A stretch of DNA of 64,000 bases from an uncultured bacterium (GTDB taxonomy: Bacteria; Schekmanbacteria; GWA2-38-11; J061). The first letter of the stretch is position 1. Every line of letters starts with the position of its first letter. Position numbers and translations under genes: made by a program. The stretch is taken from positions 1 to 64,000 of the forward strand of contig CAZJVM010000003.1 in assembly GCA_964549305.1 (NCBI GenBank), written 5' to 3'. Positions 39,910 to 50,100 of this stretch are shown here, one piece after another. A model generated the notes under the pieces. That model was not told the DNA's origin, searched no databases, and worked only from the letters and a program-made list of their open reading frames with translations.

Positions 39910-41841
39910 TTGAAATTTATAGAGAAATATAAACACGTAATATTTCTTTTATTAATTTTCATTATCTGTTTTTCCCTTTATGTCCCTGCCCTTTTCTCCG
40001 TTGACGATATGGGATATTACCTGATGGGCAAATCCTTTGCCGAAGAACAAACCTTTCGGGTTTGGACGGGATATGAGGAATTCAAGACTACTGCATTCGG
40101 AATATTTCAACCCGTATATTCACTTTCCGGTGATTCTCTTTATGTAAAGTATCCGCCCTTTTACGCATTCATATCAGCGCCTTTCTACAAACTCTTTCAT
40201 CTGCGGGGTCTTTTTATACTTAATATTCTGTCATTTGCAGGAACAATATATTTTCTCTATCTCCTGTCGCTATCTCTCTTTGACAGCAAAAAGATGGGCG
40301 AAAGAGTTGTGCTGGTTTATGTTTTTGCCACATTTTCCGTCGAATACGCGATTGGATTATGGCCACATATGCTGTCGGTCTTTTTAGTGGTTTCGGGCGC
40401 CTACTTCTTTATAAAATACTTAAAGAGCGAAGATGCAGGCATTTTCAATATTTCGGCAGCCATTGCTCTCTTTGGCCTGTCAATAGGTGTTCGTCTTCAG
40501 AATATAGTCTTTTTGGGAATCGCTTTCGCGGCGATGATATTGTTAAAAAAGGATCTTAAAGCTGTATTTACCGCAGCAGTTGCGGGAGGTTCTTTTTTAA
40601 TTATTGAGGGGGCAATAAACAAGGAGCGATTCGGATCCTTCGACCCTTTCAGCTACGGTCATTATAAGGGTAAAAATCTCGGATATTATTTGCAGTATCC
40701 GGAATACTTCGTGCTTTTTGGACTATTCGCGCTGTTATTCTTTTTATTCGCAAGAAAGAGAAAATTGTCTCCGAAAATCAAATATTCCATTATTGGGGTA
40801 TCTTTTCTGATTCTTGTCACTGCGTTTCTAAGCAACCGGGTAATCAGGGGAATATTTTATTATTGGGCATATACGCTTTACTGCAACCTTGTTGACCTTT
40901 CGGCGTTTTATAAAAAGAGCGGATTAATCATAGGAGATAGCGGCGCGATACTATATGGAGGAGTCGTGAAGAAATCTCTTTTGCAATCCTGTCCATATCT
41001 CATTTTGAGTTTTTTATCTCCCTTCATAATATTTAAAGAAAAGGGGAACAGAAGTGTTTCAATATTCCTGTCTTCTCTTTTGGTAATTCCCCTTGCATTT
41101 ATTTCGAGTTTTTTCTTTCACGGAGGTTACGCCTTCAATATCAGGTATGCTTTGGAATTTTTGCCATTTGCAGTTATTCTTTTTTGTTGGTTAATCAGAA
41201 ATATAAATTTTCAATTGAAAGAATTCCTCATTGCGGGACTTCTTTCATCTCCTTTTCCTTTTATTTTTTATTATCAGAGAGACGCAGGGTTGATAAAGGA
41301 AATGTTTATCCTGTATTGCCCTCTTCTTATGGCATCTCTGCTTCTGGTTGTTTTTGTCGTAAAAACCTTTAAAGGCAGAAGTATTTCAGTAGGAAGTTCA
41401 TCATTTGTAAATATCCTGATATTGATTTCACTTTTCTATTCCTTTTCCGCGGGATGGGCAGGTGACCTTACGGCATCGAGGAGATTGAGGTTGAATAACT
41501 ATTATTCCTATTCTTCCCTTTCCAAAGAGATAAAATCCGATTCACTTTTGATAATGCTTGAAGATATAGGTGTGGAGATTCTCCCTTTAAAGGAGTACGC
41601 GAAAATACGAATTGCTTATGTGCCGGTTGAAAAAATTGAAACTTATCTCGGAATGATAGGTTATTATCTCGAAAAGAATATTCCGGTGTCTTTCATTTCT
41701 ACAAAAACAAGCGCTGATGATATGAGGGGGGTATTGAGGGGATATTTTTCAATAAAAGAGAAAAAAATAGGAAAATTTGCTTTATTTGAAATAGTAAAAA
41801 GAAAAATCGATATGGATGTTTTTGAAAAGAAAGATGCGTAA
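39910..41841 (+). CDS. Polytopic membrane protein, probable GT-C glycosyltransferase
   Basis: SVDD in the first loop, KYPPFYAF, WPH and NIRY; many TMs; GGAGG upstream. Confidence 0.65.
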   Translation: MKFIEKYKHVIFLLLIFIICFSLYVPALFSVDDMGYYLMGKSFAEEQTFRVWTGYEEFKTTAFGIFQPVYSLSGDSLYVKYPPFYAFISAPFYKLFHLRGLFILNILSFAGTIYFLYLLSLSLFDSKKMGERVVLVYVFATFSVEYAIGLWPHMLSVFLVVSGAYFFIKYLKSEDAGIFNISAAIALFGLSIGVRLQNIVFLGIAFAAMILLKKDLKAVFTAAVAGGSFLIIEGAINKERFGSFDPFSYGHYKGKNLGYYLQYPEYFVLFGLFALLFFLFARKRKLSPKIKYSIIGVSFLILVTAFLSNRVIRGIFYYWAYTLYCNLVDLSAFYKKSGLIIGDSGAILYGGVVKKSLLQSCPYLILSFLSPFIIFKEKGNRSVSIFLSSLLVIPLAFISSFFFHGGYAFNIRYALEFLPFAVILFCWLIRNINFQLKEFLIAGLLSSPFPFIFYYQRDAGLIKEMFILYCPLLMASLLLVVFVVKTFKGRSISVGSSSFVNILILISLFYSFSAGWAGDLTASRRLRLNNYYSYSSLSKEIKSDSLLIMLEDIGVEILPLKEYAKIRIAYVPVEKIETYLGMIGYYLEKNIPVSFISTKTSADDMRGVLRGYFSIKEKKIGKFALFEIVKRKIDMDVFEKKDA

Positions 41842-41843
41842 AC

Positions 41844-43361
41844 ATGACGCGTGAACAACCTTCCTGCATTGACAGATTTGATTTTAAAAAAAGAAATCAT
41901 CTCCTGCTTTTTGTTTTCATTATTATCGCGTCGAGAATCCCTTTGCTCAATCTCGGTTTCGGTTATGACATTGACGGGTGGGTGGAAGCAAATTTTGGAT
42001 TCAATACCATAAAAAACCTTGTCTATCTTCCCTCGAGAGGATTGGGTCATCCTCTTTATGAACTCTTTTTGTCGGGCCTTATAAAAATTGCGGAATTATT
42101 GTCGCTTCAAACATGGATTGTAACGAATACATTTTCCTTATTTTACCTGTTCATCTCATTATTCCTTTTTTACAGAATTCTTTCTTTATGGAATGTGGAA
42201 GGAAAGAATATTATCATTCTGTTTTACCCCTTTATACCGGTAATCTGGAAAAACAGCGCTATGACGGTGGATTTCAGCTTTTCTCTGATGTTTATTCTTA
42301 TGGCCCATTACCTTTTGCTCAAGGGAAAATATGATTTGTCGGCTCTTATTCTTGGACTTGCCGCAGGATCAAGATTTCAGAATGGAATCATAATAGTTCC
42401 TTTTCTTTTCCTGATTTTTCAAAAATTCAATGGGCAATGGAAAAAAGCGGCGAGGTATATTGTCATATTCGGATTTGTAACATTCCTTTTTCTTATTCCC
42501 TTCTTGCTCAATTACGGCACATCAATTGCGGAGAGATATCATTCCGTTGCAAACCTGGAATCAACTCCTCTTATGTATTTTCTTAAAGCGGGTTTCAGGG
42601 GGATTTACCGTTTCATAGGGATAGATGCAGCGATAATTTTATGCGTTCTCCTTCTCTTTTCAAAGGAGGGGTTCAAAAAAGTAACTTCATTTGTCAAATC
42701 GAGGGATGAATCAACTGTTTTTTCACTTCTCACGGTATTGCTTTTTTTAGCCCTTTTTGCGAAATTCCCCTACAAGCAGGAGTATATGTTTCCCGTTGTA
42801 CCGTATTCTTTGATATTGTTTTATAACCTGCTCGGCAGAAGATTATTCCCCGTTATTGCCCTTATAGTAATTATAAACGGATTTGTGGTTCTACCTTCCG
42901 TAACTGTTGAATATACTCCCGAAGGAAAAATTTATCCCGTGATAAAGCCTGTGGGGAAGGGGACTCTTTTATCGGATATTGACAAAAGAAAAGCGCTTTT
43001 GAAAGTAGATGATTTCGTGAAATCAGGAAAGATTCAAAAACACTCCATAGTCATATGGCACAGATTTCAGATGCCTTATGTATTTTTAAACAGGCATAAA
43101 ATTTACGATGAGGGAAACTTCAGAATAGAGGATAAAAAACTTCTTCCACTGGAATCCGTTTATGACAAAGAGCAGGATATATATTTTACCGGAGGAGGGT
43201 TGATTAACGGAAAGAATGACGAGGAATTAAAACAGCTATATTCCGAAAGGAATGTTTATTACATACCATGCACTCTTAAAATAGTGTATAACAATACCGG
43301 AATCAATCTTCCCGATTACAATCCTATTCTTATAAAGGGTTTGAAACCTCACGAGTATTAG
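41844..43361 (+). CDS. Polytopic membrane protein, probable GT-C glycosyltransferase
   Basis: GYDID, SRGLGHPLYE and GSRF; many TMs plus a C-terminal soluble domain. Confidence 0.6.
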   Translation: MTREQPSCIDRFDFKKRNHLLLFVFIIIASRIPLLNLGFGYDIDGWVEANFGFNTIKNLVYLPSRGLGHPLYELFLSGLIKIAELLSLQTWIVTNTFSLFYLFISLFLFYRILSLWNVEGKNIIILFYPFIPVIWKNSAMTVDFSFSLMFILMAHYLLLKGKYDLSALILGLAAGSRFQNGIIIVPFLFLIFQKFNGQWKKAARYIVIFGFVTFLFLIPFLLNYGTSIAERYHSVANLESTPLMYFLKAGFRGIYRFIGIDAAIILCVLLLFSKEGFKKVTSFVKSRDESTVFSLLTVLLFLALFAKFPYKQEYMFPVVPYSLILFYNLLGRRLFPVIALIVIINGFVVLPSVTVEYTPEGKIYPVIKPVGKGTLLSDIDKRKALLKVDDFVKSGKIQKHSIVIWHRFQMPYVFLNRHKIYDEGNFRIEDKKLLPLESVYDKEQDIYFTGGGLINGKNDEELKQLYSERNVYYIPCTLKIVYNNTGINLPDYNPILIKGLKPHEY

Positions 43362-43388
43362 GCAGGCAAGGAAGTTTCAGAACAACTC

Positions 43389-44570
43389 TCAGAATGGCGG
43401 CAGGTAAGTCCAGATTCTTTCATTCAACGCGCAACAACGGCTGCATTTGGGAAAGAGCCTGTTTTTTTTAAGATTGACCCTGAACTGCCGGTATTTTTCA
43501 TTGTTCCAGATTTTTGCAAGTGTTTCAGTGCGAATATTGCCCATAGGCATATTCAGCGAGCAGGGATTTACCTCTCCGTAGGGATTTACTCTTACGTGGT
43601 ACCACGGATACAGACATTTGTCGGTGAATGTAAAATCTGAATCGTTAAAATAGGAATTAACTTCGCGTTTTTTCAGCGGCGGGCTCGATTTAACCTCTAT
43701 GCCGTATTTTCTACCTGTTTTCTTTGCCTCTGCAAGTTCCTTTATCAGCTCATCTGTATTTACATTCTTAAGTTGCTCGTCTATGTCCATATCACTGAAT
43801 TCCGATTTTCCCCCGGAAAAGATTCTGTCCGTTTTCTCGAGCATTTCTTCCGTAATGTAACTTACAAAGGTAAAAACGATATCCGTACCGATTTTTCCCG
43901 CAGTTTTGGCAACTTCGTTCAGATAACCTGCGTTTGCGCCTGAAACGGTGCAGTTAAAGCTCATATTCGGAAGATAAGTTCCTTTTTTTTCTTTTGCTCT
44001 TTGTATGAGTTGAACCGCATCGAGGAGCTTTTTGAATGCGTTTTTTTCATTTCTGATTTCGTTATGTATCTTTTCCGGACCGTCCAGGGAGAAGACTATG
44101 GAATCAACTCTCTTTTCCACGATTAGAGATGCTGTTTGCTCGTTTATGAGGGTCCCGTTGCTTCTGAGGGCAACAGTAAGTCCCTTACCCTTAACGGCGC
44201 TTATTATATCGAAGATGTCCTTCCTTAAAAAAGGCTCACCTCCGGAAATGGTGAATATATTAACTCCCAGACTTTTTGCCTGCGTCGCGAGTTTTTCAAT
44301 TTCCTCCAGTGAAAGTTCTCCTTTTTCTTTCCATTTTTCCCTGAGCTTAGAGTCCTTGTTTTTCAAATCACTCGCAAATGAGCACATAGCGCAACTTTGA
44401 TTGCAAAAAAATGTCGTCTCATAAACGAGTCTGTCAGGAGAGGGCGCGATGCCTTTTGAGAAACAATAATAAAACCAGTATGGAAGATAGAATTTTATCT
44501 TAAAAATAAATCTCAAAAAAGGGAGAATCCCTTTGGGAAGTTTTTCCTTTATTAAAAATCTGATATTCAT
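43389..44570 (-). CDS. Radical SAM protein with twitch/SPASM domain (paralogue of 32417-33529)
   Basis: CNQSCAMC, GGEPF, SLDGPEKIHN; CLYPW...NPC...GNI...CSRCC. Confidence 0.9.
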   Translation of the reverse strand: MNIRFLIKEKLPKGILPFLRFIFKIKFYLPYWFYYCFSKGIAPSPDRLVYETTFFCNQSCAMCSFASDLKNKDSKLREKWKEKGELSLEEIEKLATQAKSLGVNIFTISGGEPFLRKDIFDIISAVKGKGLTVALRSNGTLINEQTASLIVEKRVDSIVFSLDGPEKIHNEIRNEKNAFKKLLDAVQLIQRAKEKKGTYLPNMSFNCTVSGANAGYLNEVAKTAGKIGTDIVFTFVSYITEEMLEKTDRIFSGGKSEFSDMDIDEQLKNVNTDELIKELAEAKKTGRKYGIEVKSSPPLKKREVNSYFNDSDFTFTDKCLYPWYHVRVNPYGEVNPCSLNMPMGNIRTETLAKIWNNEKYRQFRVNLKKNRLFPKCSRCCALNERIWTYLPPF

Positions 44571-44606
44571 AAATCTGAATTCGTCCTCAGAAACACTTAA
44601 AACTTT

Positions 44607-46019
44607 TTAAAAGTGAATAAGTTCCTTTATTTTGTCAAAATCCTCTTTGCCCAGCTCTTTTGTTACAAAAAGGATTATAAAATATATGAGAAGAAGCAAA
44701 GGGCATTTTATAAAAATATAAAAGCCGGAAGGTGAAACATAGCTTGTCAGCAGGAAGAGAATCCCGCCGGCAAAAATAATTTTTATGAATGAGTTTATTT
44801 TGAGCGATACATGAAATTTTCGCTGAAGATAGATTAACATAATGATAATACCTATTAGAAATGTTGAGGTGGTTGCCATTGCCGCGCCTGAAATTCCAAA
44901 GGATTTGATGAATAATAAATTAAAAATAATATCAATGGGAAGAATTAAAAGCGCAATATACATCGATGCTTTTGGATTTCCGCTGCCAACTATTATTGCC
45001 GAAAGCAAGGCGAGTATGGATGAAAAAGCGAGTCCGAAACTTAGAAACATCAACGGAAGATAAGCGTCGGTATATTGGTTCGTATAGAGCAATTCCAGTA
45101 TTCCCGTTGCCGATGCGCTCATAATGACTGCAAGGGGAATGAGAAATATGAGCATATATCTCAGCGATTCGTTGAAGTACTTTTCTATCTTGTAAAAATT
45201 CTTTTCCGCGACTGCCTTTGAAATCGATGGCAGGACTACAGTTGGAAAGCTTACGAATAAAATTGCGGGGACCTTGGCAATGTTAACTGCCGCGGTATAA
45301 AGTCCCGTTTCCCTGTTGCTTCCGATAAGTGATTTTACGAAAAGAAGATCGATGCTCGAAATTGCCGTGATGCAAAAAACATATAGAATGACCGTTGACG
45401 CGAAAGATAATATTTTTTTTAATTCGAAATTTTCATCTGACTCGGGATGTTTGCAGATTGACCTTGACAAAAAAAGCTCGGCAATTGCCGCGAATATAAG
45501 AGCAATGACAATTCCTTTAATTTTATAGCCGCCATATATAGCTATGAATACGAAAATAATTTTTGTCACTCCCTGAAAGGTGATAGAAACCGAAAGTCTT
45601 CCGAATTCCCTGATGCCGTTCATTGATGCCTGATAAATACCATTAATCGCGGTGGGAAGAATAATGAGAGTTGTAAGAACGAGAAGGGGTGTAAGGGTCG
45701 TATCTTTCAGGAGGCGGGCTATTTGCGAACTGAATATTATTGCCGCTATTGTTACCACTCCCGCAAGAAGTGCCTGAACTTTCAACCCTGTTTTGAGAAT
45801 GGATTTTCCTATATTTGCAAACTCGGCGGTATACTTGGTTACTGCGGCATGCATCCCGGGCTGATAGGTCATATAGGTAATATTCAGAAAGGACATCAAA
45901 ACCCCGTATAAGCCATATTGTTCCACGCCGGCAAGTCTTGCAATGGCAATGTGTATTACGAAACTGCTCAATGCCAGAAAAATTCGGCTTACAGTGAGAT
46001 ATACTATTCCGCTTCCCAT
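44607..46019 (-). CDS. Wzx/MOP-family oligosaccharide flippase
   Basis: About 12-14 TMs; ARLAGVEQYG, DLLFV, TGLYTAA and GISGAAMAT. Confidence 0.88.
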   Translation of the reverse strand: MGSGIVYLTVSRIFLALSSFVIHIAIARLAGVEQYGLYGVLMSFLNITYMTYQPGMHAAVTKYTAEFANIGKSILKTGLKVQALLAGVVTIAAIIFSSQIARLLKDTTLTPLLVLTTLIILPTAINGIYQASMNGIREFGRLSVSITFQGVTKIIFVFIAIYGGYKIKGIVIALIFAAIAELFLSRSICKHPESDENFELKKILSFASTVILYVFCITAISSIDLLFVKSLIGSNRETGLYTAAVNIAKVPAILFVSFPTVVLPSISKAVAEKNFYKIEKYFNESLRYMLIFLIPLAVIMSASATGILELLYTNQYTDAYLPLMFLSFGLAFSSILALLSAIIVGSGNPKASMYIALLILPIDIIFNLLFIKSFGISGAAMATTSTFLIGIIIMLIYLQRKFHVSLKINSFIKIIFAGGILFLLTSYVSPSGFYIFIKCPLLLLIYFIILFVTKELGKEDFDKIKELIHF

Positions 46020-46035
46020 TTTTAATTGATTGCTT

Positions 46036-47025
46036 TCAGTTTGAACAGTATTTGCAAAGATCTATATTCTTCCTTCTCATTTTTTTCATTTCGTTTATTA
46101 TCTTCAGCCTTTCGGGAGAATTGTAAATTTCATATATACTGCACTCGTTAACATTTCCTATTGTCCCTCTTTGATTCAAATCCATACAACAGGGGCTTAC
46201 ATTTCCGTTCCAGTGTACGGCAAGTTGTCTTGTCACCGTATAACACAATCCTTTCCGCGCTTCTCCTTTTTCTGAAACTTCGATTTCTTCGCTTCCGTCC
46301 CACGAATGGAAACCGCGGGGAAGATATTTATCGGTTTTCCTGATTAATTGTTTGAAATCATCGGAAATGTTCTCGGGATCTTCTATTATGGATACGAGAC
46401 CTGTTTTTATATTCAGCCCTCGTTCCTTTATTTTATCAACAGTGTTATTTACATTCTGCAGAATATTTTCCCAGTTTGCCCCTCTTCTCCAATATTCAAA
46501 GGAATCCCTCGTTCCGCCGTCTATGCTCACAAGGACCATGTCGACAGCATTGCTTTCCAATATGGCATCGAGTTTTTTGCCTTTCAAAGAAACACCGTTT
46601 GTAAGGAGAGTTACATAGGGAAAAAGAATCTTTCTTTTTTTAAAGGAACCTATCATGGCGAGAAAATTTTCGAAATCGGGATGCAGAAGTGTTTCGCCTC
46701 CGTACCAAAGGGCGATATTGCTTACAGTAAGAAGTTTTGAGGAGACAATTTCATCCAATATTTTTTCAAGGGTCTTTTTTTCCATAAAACCCTGTGGCGC
46801 GTTTTGGTCAAGGGAGCACATCCTGCATTTAATGTTGCATAAGGAAGTGAACTCAATGTTAAGCCAGAGAAGACGAGCTTTTTTGGAGAATAACGATGAG
46901 AACTTAATGTAAGGAGAGCTGAAGAAAAACTTTTTATAAAGAGAACTGTTTAGAAATCTGCGGTATCGGTTTGTGAGAGTGTCGCTTTCTTTCCCTCTTT
47001 CATTTTTGCCGGTGCTTGAGCTCAT
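46036..47025 (-). CDS. Radical SAM protein with twitch/SPASM domain (BtrN-like)
   Basis: CNIKCRMC, GGETLLHP and SIDG; CYT...WNGNVSPCCMD...GNV...CKYC. Confidence 0.88.
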   Translation of the reverse strand: MSSSTGKNERGKESDTLTNRYRRFLNSSLYKKFFFSSPYIKFSSLFSKKARLLWLNIEFTSLCNIKCRMCSLDQNAPQGFMEKKTLEKILDEIVSSKLLTVSNIALWYGGETLLHPDFENFLAMIGSFKKRKILFPYVTLLTNGVSLKGKKLDAILESNAVDMVLVSIDGGTRDSFEYWRRGANWENILQNVNNTVDKIKERGLNIKTGLVSIIEDPENISDDFKQLIRKTDKYLPRGFHSWDGSEEIEVSEKGEARKGLCYTVTRQLAVHWNGNVSPCCMDLNQRGTIGNVNECSIYEIYNSPERLKIINEMKKMRRKNIDLCKYCSN

Positions 47026-47704
47026 AGATGCTTATAACCTCTGTTAAGGTGTCTTTATTCTCTACATTGACAATTTCGAGCTTATTCTCATCAATTTCTT
47101 CTTCAAGGCCGGGATAATCTGCTATCGTTGACCAAAGGAGATAGATTCTTCCCTTTTCGGAAAGATGTTTGGGTGCTTCTCTCAGAAATGTGTGGCACAC
47201 GTGGTCTTCGTAATCTCCGCCTCTGAATGCCCTTTCGTGCCAGCTTCTTGGGTTTCCGAGATAGAAAGGCGGGGTATAAAAAATCACGTCGAAAGTTTCA
47301 CCCTCTACCGGTTCGAACATACTTCCTTCTTTTACCGTGAGTCTGTCCTGCAAACCGTTAATCAATCCGTTAATAGTTGCGCATCTTACCGCACTGGGAT
47401 TGATGTCAGTTGCAGTCACGTTTTTTGAATACTGTGATGCAAAAACTCCTCCTATGCCCGAACCTGTGCCCAGGTCAAGCACGCGGTCAGTTTCCTTTAT
47501 GCCAAGCTTATTGATGGTGTCGGCAAAATGAGGGCTGGTGGTGTAAAGTCCGGGATGAAAAACATTGGGAAGAACCACAATGTACAGTCCCCGTATCATA
47601 TTCAGACTTGGTTTATTTTTTCTGAAATAAAGAAGTTTAAGAATCCTGTATTTTATGAACTTGTATATGCGTCTTACAAAACTGAGCTTCTTTCCTCCCT
47701 CCAT
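47000..47704 (-). CDS. Class I SAM-dependent methyltransferase (HemK-like)
   Basis: VLDLGTGSG, DINP and FDVIFYTPPF. Confidence 0.85.
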   Translation of the reverse strand: MEGGKKLSFVRRIYKFIKYRILKLLYFRKNKPSLNMIRGLYIVVLPNVFHPGLYTTSPHFADTINKLGIKETDRVLDLGTGSGIGGVFASQYSKNVTATDINPSAVRCATINGLINGLQDRLTVKEGSMFEPVEGETFDVIFYTPPFYLGNPRSWHERAFRGGDYEDHVCHTFLREAPKHLSEKGRIYLLWSTIADYPGLEEEIDENKLEIVNVENKDTLTEVISIYELKHRQK

Positions 47705-48850
47705 CTAATTCTCCCTGTTTAAGTTCATTTGTAAAAAATTTTCAAGTTCCCGTGAAAATGCATCCAAAGAGAGGTTTTTATTACTTTTTTTAATGTTTTC
47801 GGTGAATACTCCTTCGAGTTTTTCAGAGTAAAATTTAAGTATCTTTGAGGCAAGTTCTTCCGAATCTCCGGCTTCCGTAATAAAGCCATTTTCACCTTCT
47901 TTTATTATATCAGGAAAACAACCTTTGTTTGAAGCAATTATCGGTTTGTTGCACGATAATGCCACCTGAAGCGCTCCACTTCCCGTTGCGGAAAGATAAG
48001 GAAAAACGGCTATATCTGACGCAGACATATAAATGCCAATGCGGTTGCTCGATACAAATTTATCAACTATGATGACATTTTCTTTTAATCTCAGAGAGTC
48101 TATTTTTTGTTGTGCCGTTTCTCTTTCGTGCCAGAATTCTCCCACTATTAAAAGTTTGATATTGATTTTTTCCTTTATTGTCGCAAGGGCGTCGAGGAGA
48201 TTATTCAATCCTTTATAGTACCTGACAATTCCGAAAAAAATTATAATGTTTTCATTTTCTTCAATACCGAGGATTTTTCTTGCTTTTTTCTTTTCAACAT
48301 TCCATCCGTCATATTTGAAAACCGGAAGCCAGAGTTTTGCGGTTTTTGCCCTCGGTGAGATAGAAAGGAGTTTTTTCATCTCTTCTTCCGAATGGACTAC
48401 GATAAAATCCGCTTTTCTGAGGATTATTTTTGAAAGCAATTTTTTAAAAAAGTTTCTTTCGTGTTCAAATACATTGTGACAGACAATCAGGACTTTTATG
48501 GATGAAAAGATATGAATCAGTGAAATAACCGTATAGAAATGAGGAAACCAAAACACTACCCACCATGGAATTACCACCACATCAGCTTTAAAGCGTATGC
48601 ACTTCCATATACAATTAATCCATGAGAAAGGATTGATTGAATCAAATGCCGAGAGTGCCTCCTTTTCATAGATAAAGGTAAAATCCGGCTCTTTGTCGGA
48701 TTTGCCGGGAAAAAAAAGTTTCGGATATTGGCGTTTAAAGGTCAGAAAGAGTGTCTTGTTATTTTTTTTGAGCGCTTTGTAAAGGAGCGTTGTATTTAGT
48801 GAAATACCGCCTCTGTAAGGATAAGAGGGACCGATGAGCGCAATTCTCAT
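47705..48850 (-). CDS. Glycosyltransferase family 4
   Basis: YPYRGGI, CHNV, FFGIVRYYKG and PYLSATGSG. Confidence 0.9.
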   Translation of the reverse strand: MRIALIGPSYPYRGGISLNTTLLYKALKKNNKTLFLTFKRQYPKLFFPGKSDKEPDFTFIYEKEALSAFDSINPFSWINCIWKCIRFKADVVVIPWWVVFWFPHFYTVISLIHIFSSIKVLIVCHNVFEHERNFFKKLLSKIILRKADFIVVHSEEEMKKLLSISPRAKTAKLWLPVFKYDGWNVEKKKARKILGIEENENIIIFFGIVRYYKGLNNLLDALATIKEKINIKLLIVGEFWHERETAQQKIDSLRLKENVIIVDKFVSSNRIGIYMSASDIAVFPYLSATGSGALQVALSCNKPIIASNKGCFPDIIKEGENGFITEAGDSEELASKILKFYSEKLEGVFTENIKKSNKNLSLDAFSRELENFLQMNLNREN

Positions 48851-49824
48851 TTATCGGTCTCCGGACCTTTGTTTTTGTCGTTTTCCTTTAGCTCGATTTT
48901 TTTAACTCTGTATAGGGCTTCTTCGACAAGCTTTCTGTTTGCCGCTATGAGGTCGGCAATTACGCCTATTGTAACTATTATAAATCCGATTATAAGAAGC
49001 ACTGCCGAAATGATGAGGGACTGGATATGACCGTAAGGGCGGATGTTGAAAATGTAAAAATAGAGAAAGCGTATGAGCAGCAGAGAACCTACAAAGAAGA
49101 CGGTGCTTCCCGCATAAACAAAAATTTTAAGGGGTTCATAAACCGTGTATATTCGCAATATGGTGGACATCGATTTTTTCAGATAACTCCAAATGCTTCT
49201 GAAAAGCCGTGAATCCCGTGTAGCGGGATTGGTTCTGACTGGCACGTGATGCACAGCGAGATTTTTCTTCCCTGCCTGAATTATCGTTTCCAGTGTGTAG
49301 GTGAATCTCGATATAACATTGAGTTTTAAGGCAGATTCGCGGGAGAAAGCTCTGAATCCGCTTGTTGTATCAGGTACCGATGTGCCGGAAAGCTGACGCA
49401 CTGTCCAACTGCCCAGTCTTTGAAGAATTTTTTTGAGAAAAGAAAAATGTTCTATCTTCATTATTTCCCTGTCGCCAATGACAATGTCGGCTTTTCCCTC
49501 AAGAATGGGCGCTACTAACTTTTCTATATCTTCGGCGCAATATTGGTTGTCGGCATCGGTATTGACGATGATATGAGCGCCTTTTCTCAACGCCTCGTCT
49601 AATCCCGCCATAAAAGCCTCCGCAAGGCCCTTATGTTTTGTAAATCTTACTATGTGATGGGCCCCGCATTTTTTTGCGACTTGCGAAGTGTTATCACTGC
49701 TTCCGTCATCGACTATGAGAACCTCGATTTCGTCTATCCCTTCAATTTTCTTCGGAAGAGATTCAATAGTAGAGGGCAGTGTTTCCTCTTCGTTCAAGCA
49801 GGGTATCTGAATAATTAGTTTCAT
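48847..49824 (-). CDS. Glycosyltransferase family 2, polyprenol-phosphate sugar synthase type (DPM1/GtrB-like)
   Basis: IPCLNEE, VDDGSSD, DADNQY and DTTSGFRA; two C-terminal TMs. Confidence 0.92.
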   Translation of the reverse strand: MKLIIQIPCLNEEETLPSTIESLPKKIEGIDEIEVLIVDDGSSDNTSQVAKKCGAHHIVRFTKHKGLAEAFMAGLDEALRKGAHIIVNTDADNQYCAEDIEKLVAPILEGKADIVIGDREIMKIEHFSFLKKILQRLGSWTVRQLSGTSVPDTTSGFRAFSRESALKLNVISRFTYTLETIIQAGKKNLAVHHVPVRTNPATRDSRLFRSIWSYLKKSMSTILRIYTVYEPLKIFVYAGSTVFFVGSLLLIRFLYFYIFNIRPYGHIQSLIISAVLLIIGFIIVTIGVIADLIAANRKLVEEALYRVKKIELKENDKNKGPETDK

Positions 49825-49828
49825 TTGT

Positions 49829-49999
49829 TTATTTTTCCGAATCGTAACTTTTGTCAGACAGTTTATTTTCGACTATCACATTGAAATAATTTTTTGCCAC
49901 CGTTGAAGTTCCCAAATCGGTAAAATGCACCGAATCAGTAAAATAATTTACCGTTGTTTTATCCACTTTCTTCGAATATTCAAATTTAATGTAAGTCAT
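49829..49999 (-). pseudogene. 56-aa ORF resembling the C-terminal end of an SGNH/GDSL hydrolase (probable gene remnant)
   Basis: Hand translation MTYIKFEYSKKVDKTTVNYFTDSVHFTDLGTSTVAKNYFNVIVENKLSDKSYDSEK*. It has the block-V D-x-x-H motif but no GDS block; the stop is 4 bp before the GT2 start. Confidence 0.55.
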
Positions 50000-50100
50000 C
50001 TGAATTATTCCCGTAAAACCCTTTAACTTATTATACTGTATAAGAAACTATTATAAAGACTGTCAGGCAATAAATCGAATAAAGTTTCTTTTAATTCAAG

